64,000 nt of DNA from Peribolospora baueri (lineage: Eukaryota). Each line of letters opens with the position of its first letter. Positions within the stretch are counted from its first letter, which is position 1. The DNA lies in assembly GCA_029717555.1 (NCBI GenBank), contig JAMDHS010000006.1:62001-126000 (forward strand), given 5' to 3'. Shown piece after piece: positions 1 through 17,200 of the stretch. The notes beneath the pieces are model-generated. The model made no database searches, was not told the DNA's origin, and saw only the letters and a program-made list of their open reading frames with translations. The position numbers and the translations under genes were made by a program.

Positions 1-62
1 TGCTCCGCTCACCACAACAGGCCGCCCAAAGAGACGGAGGAAGGCCTAAAAGCACCGAACAT
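1..62 (-). CDS. MRPL31: Mitochondrial ribosomal protein L31 (mL60), 5' exon only; gene runs off the window start
   Basis: ATG at 62 reads MFGAFRPSSVSLGGLL(W), followed by a GTGAGC donor at 12. This matches the fungal MRPL31 N-terminus MFGxFxxxxxxxGGLLWK. Confidence 0.8.
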
Positions 63-543
63 GGTCGTTCTTGGTCGGAATCGAAGGGACGGACGCTCAG
101 GTCAGTGCCGAGAAGACCAGCGGTCGGTCCAAAGCGGGGATAAGCCGGATTTGTCGGACCCACCCCTGTGGTTGGCCACGTGGTTTTGCAAGGTTGAAGT
201 CTTCGTCCGGCTCCGGCTCGGAAGTTCGCTGGCAAGGCTGCAAAAGGGATTCGCGAAGCTGGCTCGCCTCCCCTTCGGACGACCACCATCCGACGCTCCC
301 ATCTTCTGCTCTCCTCTCTTCTCCTCTCTCGCTTCTAGGGTCTTGACTCTCTTCCTCTCTCCTTCTTTGCCTGTTGTCTCCACTCCCCCACCAGACAGCC
401 GAGCGCATTCGATCAAGCCGCGCGCTACAAGGCAGCTCTCTCCAACGTCGGTCCATGCCCGTTAGCCTGAGAGCTCGATAGGCCAAGGATCTCCACCCTT
501 CGTTGATAGATAGACATTAGGAACAATAGGACGGATAGAAACA

Positions 544-4246
<3,703 letters not shown>

Positions 4247-4628
4247 TCGACCTCGTCCACGGCCGACTCGGTCTCGGTCTCGTTTCCCCCACCATCTTCT
4301 AACCTGGCCCTTCGTGACCGCCTACTTGCATACGCCCGTACAACCTGACCTTTAACGTAGATTACGTATGGACAATGTAGAAAACGGACGGCTATCGAAT
4401 TGGAGTGGGTTAAAATGCGGAAAAAATAACAAGAATAAATATAACATGGAAGAGGTTTCGTAAATGGTCGCAGATCATCATGGCCACCGTTTGCTACCTA
4501 ATGAAGGTACCGGATATTTCATATCCTAACAACGTTGGTGAGATGGTCAATTCGAATTGCAGATCCATCATTTCCCACTCCCATCTTATGGGCTCGCTCG
4601 AGTTCGCTCGGACATGCTAGAGCATGAG

Positions 4629-5195
4629 ATGTCCGAACCACCACGACACCAACCAGATATAGCTGAGGCTCTCGATGAGATCAATGCAAAGGTCCGCGAG
4701 GCAGCGATGGATTTGGTCAGCCTGTGAAGGACAGCCTCTTCGTCATCTGCTTTTCTCCTCTCATAGGCCCTTACTCTATCCAGTAAACCAGCGCCATTGA
4801 CTGCACATGCCCTCCTTTCCTGTTTTTTCAGCATCGCGCGCTTCATCTAGACAGCGTGCCGAGAAGCTTGGGATAAAAAAAAAGCGCTCGATCTTCTTGT
4901 CCATCATTTCCTGCTGGACGAAGAAAGTCGGCACCGGTCTCCTGGCTACCTCGCCGGCGTCGCGGTCGAAGAGCGGCATATTGAGCGAGCACGACATTGT
5001 CGTTTGATCGTCCTGTTTCCATCTTTGACCACTCTATCGCTCGCCTCCCAGTATTTCCAACCCTTAGATACCCCAATTCATACTGTATTCGTTTTTTTTC
5101 CGCTGGATCGGCCGAGCACAGGGCTGGTAGTAATGTTCAGTTGCACGGGGTCCTTCATGAGCGCATATCTATTCGTCTACGAGGACGGGGAATAG
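4629..5195 (+). CDS. Possible small orphan spliced protein
   Basis: ATG 4629 gives MSEPPRHQPDIAEALDEINAKVREAAMDL, then a GTCAGC donor. A TAG acceptor near 4849 resumes in frame as TACREAWDKKKALDLLVHHFLLDEE... to a stop at 5195. No recognisable family. Confidence 0.25.
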
Positions 5196-5199
5196 ATAC

Positions 5200-5975
5200 T
5201 CAAAACAGCGAAGCGCCGCCCGTCTTAGGTGATCAGACACAACAGAAAAGTACGGAGAACGTGATGGAAACAGTTGGCAGTGTCAGCAGAGAGAGAATGG
5301 CCCACTGCGACACAGGTCTGACGTCCTCGCATCCTGGGCGCACCAGCACGTCTGCTTCGGACCCAGGAATATTTTTGACCCAGCAACACGCTAGTACTCA
5401 CTTCTATCGCCTCCATCTCCTTCTCGCTGATTGTGACCCCGGCCTTCCGATACCGCGGAGGAAGCTCCCAGACGTTCTCATAGAGCACACCGCTGCCGTT
5501 TGATGTTGATGAGCCTGGAGAGGAAGTCGGTGGAGTCGACGTGCTGGAAGTAGCGGAAGCGGAGGAGCTGGGACTGGCGTTGATATGTGGCCCAGTCCTA
5601 AATCTGCAAATTCCATTCAGAGGGAGAGAAGCGCGCGGCGGAATCGCCTCGGTTCAAACCTGCTCTTCGTTTATCGCGCCTTGACAAGGCGTCCTATAGC
5701 GCCGAAAGCCGTCTAACGCAACCCAGCTCACGCACTTTTCAAGAAAGCTTTCAAACTCAGCTGCCACCTCTTTGGGAGCAAATGGATGCGGATGCGGGGT
5801 ACGAGGCTCTGCGAAATAGGAGCGCAATGCAAAATAAGAGGCGAAAGAACGGTGAGCTCCTGCCTATGCGCTCCCTGCATCCAAGCTCACCTGTAGGCAG
5901 CGTGCGCTTGCCAAGGAAATGGATGAGCGGCTTGTGAACGTGTTGAGCTCTGCGAGCTAGCGTGAGGGAGAACAT
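5200..5975 (-). CDS. KGD4: 2-oxoglutarate dehydrogenase adaptor subunit KGD4 / MRPS36 (Ymr31) family, 4 exons
   Basis: Spliced product MFSLTLARRAQHVHKPLIHFLGKRTLPT-EPRTPHPHPFAPKE...WELPPRYRKAGVTISEKEMEAIE-TGGASLF*. Carries both family motifs (HxPLIxFxGKR and LPxRY/F...ExEAIxxGGA). Confidence 0.9.
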
Positions 5976-6247
5976 GTCGCCTTGTTGCGCTCGCCGTCCA
6001 GGAGACTGTGGTTAATACAACGGTGGTCGTTGCGGTGGATGGCGGTGAGCCGATCCGACCTGGCCCGACCGTTCTTCCAGCATACATAGCCGCCTTACAT
6101 AATCACAAACACGTGGTCGGCGGACACGGCCCTTGTCCGTGTCTCCATCCACCTCGTTCGGGGAATTTCTCCTTCATCATTCCCTCTTAATCTCAACGGC
6201 AACGACGTCGAAACGACAGGACACGACACGAGACGACGTGAAACGAT

Positions 6248-8754
6248 ATGGGGGTCAAGGGTATCTTTCCTTTCGTCGCCAAACGCGCGTAAGTAGTCTC
6301 TCGCTCTTCGCGTCGCGACAAGGCGACACGGAGACGAGAACGAACGAGGAGATGAAGAAGGCTGATACACTTTCGCTTACCTGGTCCGCAGTCCTGAGCT
6401 CGTTCGGCACCCGAAGCGATTTCAAGGGCTTCGAGGGAAAAGGATTGCAATGTTCGTGCATCTGCTCTCGCTCGCGATGCCGGCAACTTCCATCCAAACT
6501 GACGGACCTTGTCCTCGTCTGTGTCCCTCCCCTTCCCAACATACCCAAAGCGATGCCACCCTAGCCCTTACCACGCTCTCCTTCTCCGCAGTCTCCCTTC
6601 GTTCGAAGCATCTCCTTGGCATCTTTCGCCTCATAAGCTCTCTCCATGCCGTCCAAGCCACTCCCATCCTCGTCTTCGATGGCCCATCTCGCTTACCTCA
6701 GAAAGCGAGGGAGAACGCCCGAAGGCGCTCGAACAGGCTAAAATGGAGGGTCAGAGGTGGGTGGGAAGAGGAGCGAACGAGGCGCCTTGGAGACCTGGCA
6801 GAGATCGTGGGTACTCGGGAGATGTCCTCATCAAAGACCAACGCCGTGGGCGGCCCGGGCGTGATCGTACCGGGAAGGTGGGATAACCTAATCACAAAGC
6901 ACAGGGAGGAGACGGCAGACAGGATGCGTGAGGTGGAGCGCAGGCTAGGGTTTTCCGTTGCACAGCAGGTGCAGGAGCGCGAAGGGCCTTCGTCGCCACC
7001 TGACGCGAGCCTGAGACCCATCGTCCCCGACCCTGTGCCGCTACCCTCCACTTCGACATCCTCGCCTGAACCCTCGAACGACGTCCCGGTGGAGGAAGAT
7101 TTTGAGGACCTGGTGGCATCTCTGGCTTCCGATATGGCCGACTACGATGTCCTAAACGATGAGATCACACTCGATGCTCGTGACTGGGCCGATGCCGTTG
7201 CAGCCGAAGCCGACCAGTTCGAGGGTAGCATGGAGCGATCCCTTTTCGAGGAAGGCGAACACATGGCGCTCGATTCCTTGGCGCACGGAGAAGAGATGCA
7301 GCGCGAAGCCGCGTTGCTATTCGCCGATGCATTGAGCGACGCATGGCCAGGTCCTCCTGCAGAGGACGACCAGCTGCCGCGGTACATTGCTTGGCTGTTT
7401 GAGCGATTCCTCCTCAGCACTCGCGCCGCGGCCCTCGCTACTGTCCATGACGCTTCTGTTCCTACCGCTCCTGCGGCCAACACGGATACTTCTGATCCGT
7501 CTTCCCTGTCGCGTTCGTCCATCACCCCATCCGCGCCTTCCGCTCCATCACCGCCATTGGAAGGCGAGGACAGTCCAACGATGGCCCATATCAAAGAGAC
7601 GGCACGACAAGCGGACCTCACCGCTGGCGAGGCCTCCATCTTCTCCATCCTGTCTAGTCCTGATGCTGCGGCTATGTCGCTGTCATCTTCAGACGTGCCG
7701 CTCAAGCTTTCCACTCTGCTAGAGCGCGCATCGGACCTCAACGCTTCGTACGTACGCATGGGCACCGCCTTACCTTTCCCTGCGTACACAGAGGCGGCCG
7801 CTCTCGGTAGTGCCATGGGTTGTCCTATCCTGTGGCTACCAGAAGAGAGCCCGCACGAGGCGGAAGCAATGTGCGCTCGTCTCGTTATGGAAGGGTATGC
7901 GGACCTGGTGGCGAGCGAGGACTCGGACACTCTGCTTTACGACGTGCCTCTCTTGCGCCATCTCACCAGTGGATTGCTAGTCCCTTCCGACGCTGAGCCG
8001 CCCCGCCTTCGCCCCTCGTTCGACATGGTCCACGAGGACACTCGCACGCCAGGGCAGACTTGGGAACGCACCTGGGAATCCCGCCCATCGAGGCAACTCG
8101 AGCTGTTAGATGGAGAACAGGTCAGACGGGCACTTGGATTCGAGGACCGCAAGCAGTGGGTCGACTTTGGATTGCTTTGCGGGACCGACTTTGCTAGGGG
8201 AATCAAGGGCGTCGCCATTGGGCGTGGGTTCAAGTTGATCCAGTGAGTTCCGACTGGCCGCGCCGGAGAGCCGTTTGCTCCTTGAGTCGACATCTGTCTA
8301 ATGCGGCATCATCTTCACACCTTTTCGCAGGGAACACGGTTCCATTCCAGCCATTCTCAATGTCACGCCCCATAGCCCACCAGACGGTGTATCGCTCGAA
8401 GAGTACCTCGATGAGATCGAGTCGGCTCGAGAGGTCTTTGCCAACCCCCCGCCATTGCCTCGGCTTATCGTTTCGTCCGAGGACCCAGACCTGTTGGTGT
8501 CGTCCGAGCGCCGCTCACGGGACGAGCCGAAGCTCTTTACAATCGGCGCAGCGAACATCCGTTTGGCGAGGGCGATTATGGAGCGTGCTGGTCTGGCTGA
8601 ATGGATTGAAGGGTGGCAGGGCCAGGAGCTACGTGTGGCGCTCGAACCCCGAGCGAGGACGACGTCGGTCGATCAGAGCTCGCGACATCCCAGCTTGGAC
8701 GGCAACTACTTTGGCAAAGAGGCTGTCGGATTCTCCGAGAACTTCAAGAGTTGA
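6248..8754 (+). CDS. XPG/FEN1 (Rad2-family, PIN-like) 5' nuclease
   Basis: MGVKGIFPFV, GKRIAIDA (across an intron), ILVFDG, HEAEAMCARL, VASEDSDTLLY, LLCGTDF and an H3TH-like GVAIGRGFKLIQEHGSI. Confidence 0.88.
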
Positions 8755-8826
8755 GGGCGGCTGGGCATCGGACCCCAGGCACTGGAATAGCGCGCGAACA
8801 TCACAGAAGTCGACTTGTACTAGTAC

Positions 8827-8893
8827 GATTGGGAATAGAATAGTATAAAAAAGCAGTCAACCTGAGAAAGATTGGGAATAGAATAGAATAAAA
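8827..8893. repeat. Short imperfect direct repeat GATTGGGAATAGAATAG(T/A)ATAAAA x2
   Basis: Copies at 8827-8850 and 8870-8893 differ by one base. They lie between the nuclease stop and the tRNA 3' end. Confidence 0.8.
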
Positions 8894-8947
8894 GAGCAGC
8901 CAACCGGAGAAAGTATACCTGCGGTACAATGGTAAAACAAAAATGTA

Positions 8948-9018
8948 TGCTTTAAAGGGGAATCGAACCCCTGGCTGGACCATGGCAAGGTCCTAGGTTA
9001 CCACTACCCCATTAAAGC
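8948..9018 (-). tRNA. tRNA-Gly (GCC), intronless
   Basis: Reverse complement GCTTTAATGGGGTAGTGGTAACCTAGGACCTTGCCATGGTCCAGCCAGGGGTTCGATTCCCCTTTAAAGCA. 7-bp acceptor stem, anticodon stem GGACC/GGTCC around TTGCCAT, T-loop GGTTCGATTCC, downstream oligo-T Pol III terminator. Confidence 0.96.
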
Positions 9019-9113
9019 GCGGTGAAAAACAATTGCAGGAATGACGTACAAGCTTGTAATTCCACGGCTCTAGACTGGTCGGCTGCGGCAAGTGGCGTGT
9101 TGCGCGTAAATGA

Positions 9114-11701
9114 ATGGACGCGATCGTTCGAGCAAGCAGGTCCGTCTCCGTCTGGTCGGCGCAGACAGCGCTGGGTAAGAACGGAGTACGATGGCAGCAA
9201 CAATTCCGGTGAGCTTTGAATCACACGTCACAAACGAGAAACGGAACTGTTTGATCTCATTTCTGATTCAGCTGTTGTTGCTCTGTGACGCTCCGGTTGG
9301 TCCAGGAATATCAGGCGCCAGAGGCGAACCGCTTGGGTCACCTTGCTGGTGTCGGCACGAGCATGGCAGAGGTGGACGACGAAGAAGGAGAGCAGGAGGA
9401 AGAGACGGATCCGAGTACTTATTTTCATGTCATTAACGCCTTTGACATGCCTCGATGGCAGTTTGATGCCGACCGAAAAGCGTTCAACAAGTAAGTCGTA
9501 GCCTACGGTGCAGCTGCACGACAACTCGTTTGCTCCGCCGATACCTGGCTTCTGGCCTCTGTTCGCGCCCTGACATTCTGTGCACTCTCTACAACGATCC
9601 GCTGACCGTTTTATGGCTTGCTTTGCATTTAAGGGCACCTACAAAACCGACCATCCTGGCACGGACGTCGGCGTCCAAGGCGGCGTTCCTTCGAGACCGT
9701 CACAACATCCTCAAGCACGTCGTCCTCCGCAACGAGAACTTTTCCCCTCCGCTAGCTTACCGCGCCACTAGAGACCGGGGAAACTATATGAAGGTGAGCG
9801 GATGCCTAGCCGCTCTAGGGGAGGTCGAGAGCCCAGGGTTAGCCTCCAACGACCGGTCTAACCTTTTACCCTTCCCTCATCGTACAGCTCACTTCAACCA
9901 AGAACCTCTTAGGAAGACAAGGACAGCGCTTCCTTCTCTTTGGCATGCTTTGCCAGGCGCAGGATGGCCGATACGCGCTGGAAGATGTCGATGGGATGGT
10001 GGTGTTGGATTTAGACGAGGCGGTGAGTATTTCGCCGCCGTCCATCGCCGCGGCACTGGGCGAGTTGAATCAGGTCAAGGCTCATGAGCTCGACGGGCTC
10101 TTGCCCGTTTACTCTGCGTTTATCCGTGTCACCACTCATGCACAGGTACCAGGTGAAGGAATCTTCACGGAAGGTTCGTTCGTCCTCGTCGAGGGAGAGT
10201 ACACACACGACGAGACGATCAAGGTATACGCCATCGGCCATCCTCCGAGCGAGCCGCGAAAGGTGGCAAGGTGAGCGTCGAAGTTGTGTGGCCACGCATG
10301 TCTCGCTTTGATCTGTGGGCACGCGGATTCGGGCGTCTTTTGATCCTGGCCCTTCTGCCTCACCTGTGTCGTCTTCCTTGATCTCGTCGCAGAGGCACGT
10401 ACGCCCACCTAGACTTCCTCGGCCTCGGCCCGCTCACACCAGCAGACGAAAGTCGGCTGCTGCGAATCAACAAACAACAGTATGAGCAGCTGGCTATCGT
10501 CGTCATCTCAGACCTGCATCTCGACCACCCCACGACGTTGCAGAAGTTTCGGACCATGTTGGAAGGTTACGAGGACGCCGGCTGGCTGCCATTCGCTTTT
10601 GTGTTGTGTGGAAACTTTTCCAGCAGGCCTTGGACAGGAAGAGGGGAGGACATGGACATGTACCGAGGTGAGTTGGCCTCCCGTCGGGCGGGGAGTTGAT
10701 CAGATAGGTCCGTCAGGAGTCTTGCCGTGGAGGTACGGTTTATGCGCTGGCTGAACCTTCGATCCCCTCTCGATCGTTCCTTCCCCGCCCTCCCTCGCCT
10801 GTACAGACAACTTTACCGCCCTAGCCGACCTCCTCCAACACTTCCCCACCATCCTTTCGACTACCCACTTCATCTTTGTCCCAGGCGCCAATGACCCCTT
10901 CCCTTCCTCCGCCCTCCCACGCCCTGCCATCCCGGACTTTTTCACCTCCAAGCTTCGGGCTAAGGTGCCTCGAGCGAGGTTCGCGAGCAATCCGGCGAGG
11001 CTGATGGTGTTGGGACAAGAGATTGTGCTGTTTAGGGAGGACCTCATGTCTCGCATGTTAAGGAATACGGTGCGCTTGAAGGAGGAAACGAGCGCGGCAG
11101 CGTTGAAGAGATATGTGAGCAGTTGCCACGCAAACCGATGGACCGGCGCTGGCACGAGCAAACGCTCAAGGGCACAATTTCGACTGTTTTTCCTGTCCCT
11201 CGTTTTCTGACCTTGCCCTCAGCTCGTCTCCACCGTCTTGGACCAAGCGCACTTATGCCCTCTTCCGGTCCAGGTGAAACCCGTGCTGTGGGAGTATGAC
11301 CACGCGCTCCGCCTGTATCCCATGCCTAGCGCCGTGAGTCGAAAGCCGGATTGGGCAGACTATTCTCTCCGATGCTCACACAAAAACGTCCCTCCCGTAC
11401 TTTTTTTTGTCGTCCTCACCTCCAACTCTTCGAACAGCTCGTACTGGCCGACAAGTACGACCGCTTCGAGCTGACCTACGAGGGCTGCCACGTCTTCAAC
11501 CCGGGTCCCTTCCGGGGCAGCTCGTTCGGCTTCACCACTTTCTATCCCGCCACGGGCAGGGCGGAGCGGAGGTGAGCGTGGTCTCGTGTTCAACATATGT
11601 CGCACGACCGACGTTTCGCGCTGGCACTATGAGAGGCTGACGACGATGGCCGCCTCCCTTTTCTCTCCTTCCCGTCCAATGCCTGCAGCGAACTCTCTTA
11701 A
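9114..11701 (+). CDS. DPB2: DNA polymerase epsilon subunit B, multi-exon (start uncertain)
   Basis: [95 protein letters not shown] and CHVFNPG. Confidence 0.93.
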
Positions 11702-12064
11702 GCATATGTCTTCATTACGGACGCACCCTTCTCTCTCGTTTCGGAGCGTGTATCGATAGAGCGAGAAATACGTAGTGGTTCACCGATGACTATATTCCTC
11801 CCCGCTTCGGCCGGATGGCGGACTTAAAAAAAAAACTGGCGAGCGCGCCGCAGTCGGAAATCCAAGAGTCACGGCCGGATCGAATCTGAAAGATGGTCGG
11901 AACGTCCACAACGTCGACGAGAAGGGACCCAGACGACCTCCAACATAACCACCACCTCTCAATCCCTTCTCTTCTTCGTCTTCTTCTTCGCTCGCCCTCC
12001 GTGTCGCTCTCGCGGCGGCCGTGTGGCGTCCGTCTTTTTCAACTTGCTCGTACCACCGATCATC

Positions 12065-13886
12065 ATGTCCCCCGCCGCCATCCACCCCGCCACTGTCACC
12101 TCCGGGTGGCAGCAGCAGCTTCCTCCTGATTCTTCTTCTGCTTTCTCCTCATCCGTCGTTCCCCTCCCGTCTTCCTCTTCCCTTTCCTCCGCCGCTCCTG
12201 GTACTTTCTCCGGACCCGCCCTTGTCATCGGCTCTCTCGCCACCGCTCAGGACCAGCGCTACCAGAACCTCGTCTCCAGCTTGGGTGGACCGACAGCCGG
12301 CGGTGGGCAACAGGTAGAGATGCAAATGGTGGACAGGATCACTGATGAGGGTGAGTGCGCACTATTACTGTTCTTGCTCGTATTTTCTCTATCGTCTCCG
12401 CTTGTGTGCTCGTCCCCATCCCCTTCCCCACCTGATCCGTCTTTTCCGGCGTCGCGCTCTCGCTGAGCTCCTGGGCTGGTGCTGAGCAAGTTAGACGGGT
12501 GCCGACGTGGAAAAGTTGGTATGAGAGACTGGAGATGGTCGTGACGGCTTCCCAGGGTATTTTTGGTTGGAATTTTGTCGACGAAGATGTAGCGCTTTCA
12601 TGTTGGGTCTTGCCGATGAGGGGTTTCGTGTCGCCAGGCTGGTTGCTAATCAGCGTTCCTCTCCAACATTTGACCCTCCATTCGTGGTGGCTCCGTTTCT
12701 CAATCATAGCTACTTCGCTCGCGCCATCCACCTACTCCACCGTCCACATCATTCTCTCGGCGCAAGAGTACGCCACCCACCTCAACCTTCCCCTCCTCTC
12801 CGCCCTCCTCGCCTCCCTCAAGCCCCGCGGAGAGATCCGCGTGCATGACCTCCCGCTGGATCAGCTCAGTTCCTTCACCGGTGACTTCAAGGTCGCTGGA
12901 TTTGCTGATGTCAAGGCCGAGGCTCAATACGTGAGTTTTGCCTCTGAAAGCGGTTCTCTGATGATCCGAGTCGGCCGCTATCTGTGCCCGATCGGCTCTC
13001 CCCACCCGACCCGCTGCATTGCTGCCGCTGTCCGCGGAGTCGGCGGGCCACGATGGGGGGAGAGATAACTTAAATATACTGACCAATCCCCCCTATCTCT
13101 TCACGCCATTCACTCCGTCATCGCGCCGTCGTCATCGTCATGTCCCGTCCTCTTCTCACTCAGCTCACCGCCACAAAGCCGCCGTACACTCAAGGCTTTT
13201 CCTCCACCCTTTCCTCGCGCTCCGCTGCCGCTGTCCCGCTCCGAGCAGGAGGCGCGACATCCAAGGCCAAGAAAGCGGCATTGTGGGCGTTGGAGGACCC
13301 TTCAGTGGGCACGATCGACCCTTCCACCCTTCTCTCCGAAGAGGATCTCGCTCGACCCAAGGCCGTCAAGCGCGAGGACTGCGACGTTACTGCCGGCTCG
13401 CGCAAGAAGGCTTGCAAGAACTGCACCTGTGGACTCAGGGAGCTCCAAGAGGAGGAGGAGCGCGCCGCCGCCAGCACCGCCTCCCCAATCGTCCAGCTCG
13501 ACGCCGCGGATGACCTTCCTGCTGGTCTGGCAGCGTCGGCCAACGGTCATGCCAACGGTCCCAAGAGGGTGGAGACGGAGACCGTGGTGACGTCGTCAGA
13601 TGGCAAGACGAGCGTCGTCAAGAAGATTAGCGTCGATACCAAGGGAGCCACGAGCAGCTGTGGGAGCTGCTACCTCGGTGACGCCTTCCGGTGCTCTAGC
13701 TGTCCTTATTTGGGTGAGTTCGTGGGCGTCGTCCGAAAGTGCCTGTTAAACAGGCACGCCTCGATGTCGGCGTGGCTGACCGGATCCCCTTTCGTCCTTT
13801 TGCCTCCCTGATCTCACGGTCATCCAGGCCTTCCTGCTTTCAAACCGGGCGAGACCGTAGAGATTAACATCGGCGATGACATTTGA
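12065..13886 (+). CDS. DRE2: Fe-S cluster assembly protein Dre2/anamorsin (CIAPIN1)
   Basis: C-terminal DCDV...[12 protein letters not shown] and [29 protein letters not shown] motifs. N-terminal [12 protein letters not shown]...QMVDRI. Confidence 0.93.
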
Positions 13887-14217
13887 TCGATCGAACTTTT
13901 CGTTACTTCTTCGTTCCGTTTTCCCCTTTCTGCCTTCCCTTCCCTGACCCGCCGCCCTGCACTGCCGGGCCCGTTGGCTTCCCGTCCAACTCAGTCCATC
14001 GACTCGCTTATGTTGGTCCCCGTTTTTCGACGACTCTTGAGACTTGAGTCTGTCCTCGCTCGCTTGCTGTATACAATCTTGTGCTGGCAATGACTCGGGA
14101 CATCCTTAACTATTGGAGCATGCCTCAGCACAGCACCGTGCGACCTCCGCCGTGCAAATGTATGGGGCTTCCAAGACTTCCTTCCCGTCCATCCATCATA
14201 TCCGACCACCTCGTCCT

Positions 14218-17200
14218 TCAGCGACCCTTCTTACCTGCCCCCTTGCCCTTGCCCTTCGCCTTCCCTCCCTTCTTGCCCGCAGGTGACTTCGCCGGCCCTC
14301 CCGTCGTCTTCTTCCCGCCCCGCTTTTCACCCAGGTCGACGTCGAAGGCGCTCTTGCCCGCCCTGTTGGTCGAGCTGCGCATCTTCTTCCTCTCCCTCTC
14401 CTTCTCCTTCTTCTTCCCCTTCCCGCCCTTCTTCAAGTTCGCCTGCGACCCCTTGCGAGGTTCGGGCACGCCGACGGGCTTGGGACGCTGGTCCTTCTTC
14501 GCCGCTCGGATGGATGCGTTTAAGGAGCCGAGAGAGTCTTTCTCCTTCTCCATTTCCTCGCGCGCCAGCTTGATGCGCTTCTGGCGACGAGAGAGGCCGG
14601 AGAGAGGGTGGCGTGCAGGCTGCAGAGGGGTGAGGTGAGGTAGGAAAGGAGCGAAAACAGACGGTTGAGCCCCTTCACGGCGAACGATGTCCTGCCCTCG
14701 AATGGAACGGACGCCGGATCGACCCACCTTCTTGTCCTCGTCCGTCTTGCGCTTCCCCTGCACCACTTTGGCCTCGTACTCTTCCTTGGACACCTCTGCA
14801 GCGCCGAAAGCAATTGGAATAGAAAAACGTGTGGAAAGGATCAGCCACTGCGTACGTCTTTTGCGGCAAACGACGAAAAACGTTTCTCGCCTTTCGCCGC
14901 CTGCTTGTCCTTCTCCGACTGGAACCATGTCCGAGCTGGCCTAGAGAGGATCTCTTCGCGATGCTCGATCATGTTCTCGCTCTTCTTCAGTTCCATCTCG
15001 GCCTGGCGAATCTGAGCCGTCGAAGATGAGGAGATAGTCAAGCGAAGTTGTATGGCGACCATGAGTCTCGTGACGGTATGTGAAGCCCTAGTCCGATTTT
15101 GAAAACCAGGACTCACCGACTTTTCTTCCTTCTCTTCTTTCAACACCTCGCTCACGTCCTCTTTCAAGCCTTCGAGACGCTCCGCGATCGATTGAACGAC
15201 TTCAGGAGGAATGATCCGGTGCTTGACCTGTTCCGGCGGAGAGCGCTTGAGCGCCGTCTTGAGCAGCTTACGGTCGCCCTCGCCGACGAGAGTGACAGAC
15301 CTGCAGCCATACAGCGGGGACATTGGGACGGTTATTAGCGAGACCGACCCTATTGTCTGGACGAGATGGGGCGATTGCTTGGCCTTTCCTCCCGCATCCA
15401 CTCACCGACCATTGCGCCCAGCACGAGCCGTTCGACCGACACGGTGCAAATACTGCTCGAACTGGTTCGGCATGTCGTAGTTGATCACCGTCTCGATGCC
15501 CTTGATGTCCAGACCTCTGCTGGCGAGGTCGGTAGCCAGCAGGAAGTCGACCGCACCGTCTCGGAAAGAGCTCAGTGCTTGTAAACGCTATCCACAGAGG
15601 GGTAGGATGACGTGCGAAATTTGTAAGATGTCTCGTAAAAACTCTGTTGGCCTGACGGTCTGACATACCTGCTCCTGAGTGAGATTGCCATGAAGCTCTG
15701 CAGCTTTGAGACCCATGAGACCGAACACGATCTTCATCTGATGCGCCAACGCCTTGCTCCTAAAGAAAATGATACACTTTTGTCGGAAAGTTCGACTGAC
15801 GAGGCTGAGTAGAAGCGCCGGACGAGCGTCGTCCTCGCCCTTCCTCTTGCTGCCTCGGACACGAACGAACTCTTGGACGAGCCGGCTGGCTGTGCTCCTC
15901 TTGGGATCGACGAAGAGGCGGATGGGTTTTTGCAAGCTTAGTCGGACGAGCTGCTCCACGTCGTCGGTCATCGTGGCGGAGAAAAGCATCGTTTGCCGGC
16001 CACGCGGTGTGGCGTTGATGATTTCGTTGAGTTCGGCAGCGAAACCTTCTTCGAGCATCCGGTCAGCCTCATCAATGACAAGGATTTCCGCATCGTCCAG
16101 CGTGAACGATGGAGAGTTTCGGACGTGGTCGATCAGGCGACCGGGTGTCGCGACGACGATGTCTGGTCGGAGACGAAGTTCGGCTTCTTGCGACTTGAGA
16201 GAGAGACCGCCTGCAAGCACGCAAACGACAGGGGGAAGTCATGTAAGATAAGTATCCATGAGCCGATGTAAAGATTTGTGCCACAAGAGGGAATAACGTT
16301 AACGCCACGGTACTCACCGACACAAAGACAGAATCGTACGTCCATGTGCCTCGCCAAACCCCTTCCCACCTCAACGCATTGGACGGCCAGCTCGCGAGTC
16401 GGGCAAAGGATGATGACGCGGCTCTTGGCCTCCTGCTTCCCCTTACCTCTATACCCGAGCCTCTCCAACACGGGGATCAAGAAAGCTGCCGTCTTTCCGC
16501 TTCCCGTCACCGCGTTAGCAACGATGTCGCGGCCAGCTAGGGCAAGGGGTATAGTACGAGCCTGGATCGGGGTGGGAGTCGTGTACGAGAGCGAGGACAG
16601 AGCGCGCATGATCTGGCGGGAAAGGCTTAGAGACTGGAAGGAGGGCGAAAGGGAGCTGCCGGATGCCCTCGAAGCCGACGCGGTCGACTCAGCCTCGGGG
16701 GCAAAGTAGGCCGCCTTTCGCGCCTTCTGTTCTTCTGTCTCTTCTTCAGAGTCGGATCCCGACTCCGATGAAGATTCCTCGTCCTGCTCTGTTCCTTCGC
16801 CTTCGCCTCCGCCTTCAGACACCGACCCCGCCTCTTCTTCCTCCTCCGCGTCTTCCTCAGACGAAGCGAGCGGGTCCTCTTCCTCGGAGTCCTCCTCAGC
16901 TTCGACGACCCCCGCGCCAAACGCGTCTGCAAGACAGGTCATTCATTTAAGAATAAGGTCCCAACGGAAAAAGTAATACGTTACCAAAAAAACGCTGAAG
17001 ACCCGGACAACTCACCATCGTCAATTTCGTCCTCCTCGTCCTCATCCGACTCGGCTCCCTCGTCCTCAAGATCATCCGCCTCCTCGTTCCCGTCGTCTAG
17101 CACATCCTTTGCACCATCAGCTTCGTCTACTGAATCTCGCAAAGAAGGTTTGACTTTCCTTCTTCGCTCAATGATGTCGTCCACAGTGACGCGAGGCTGG

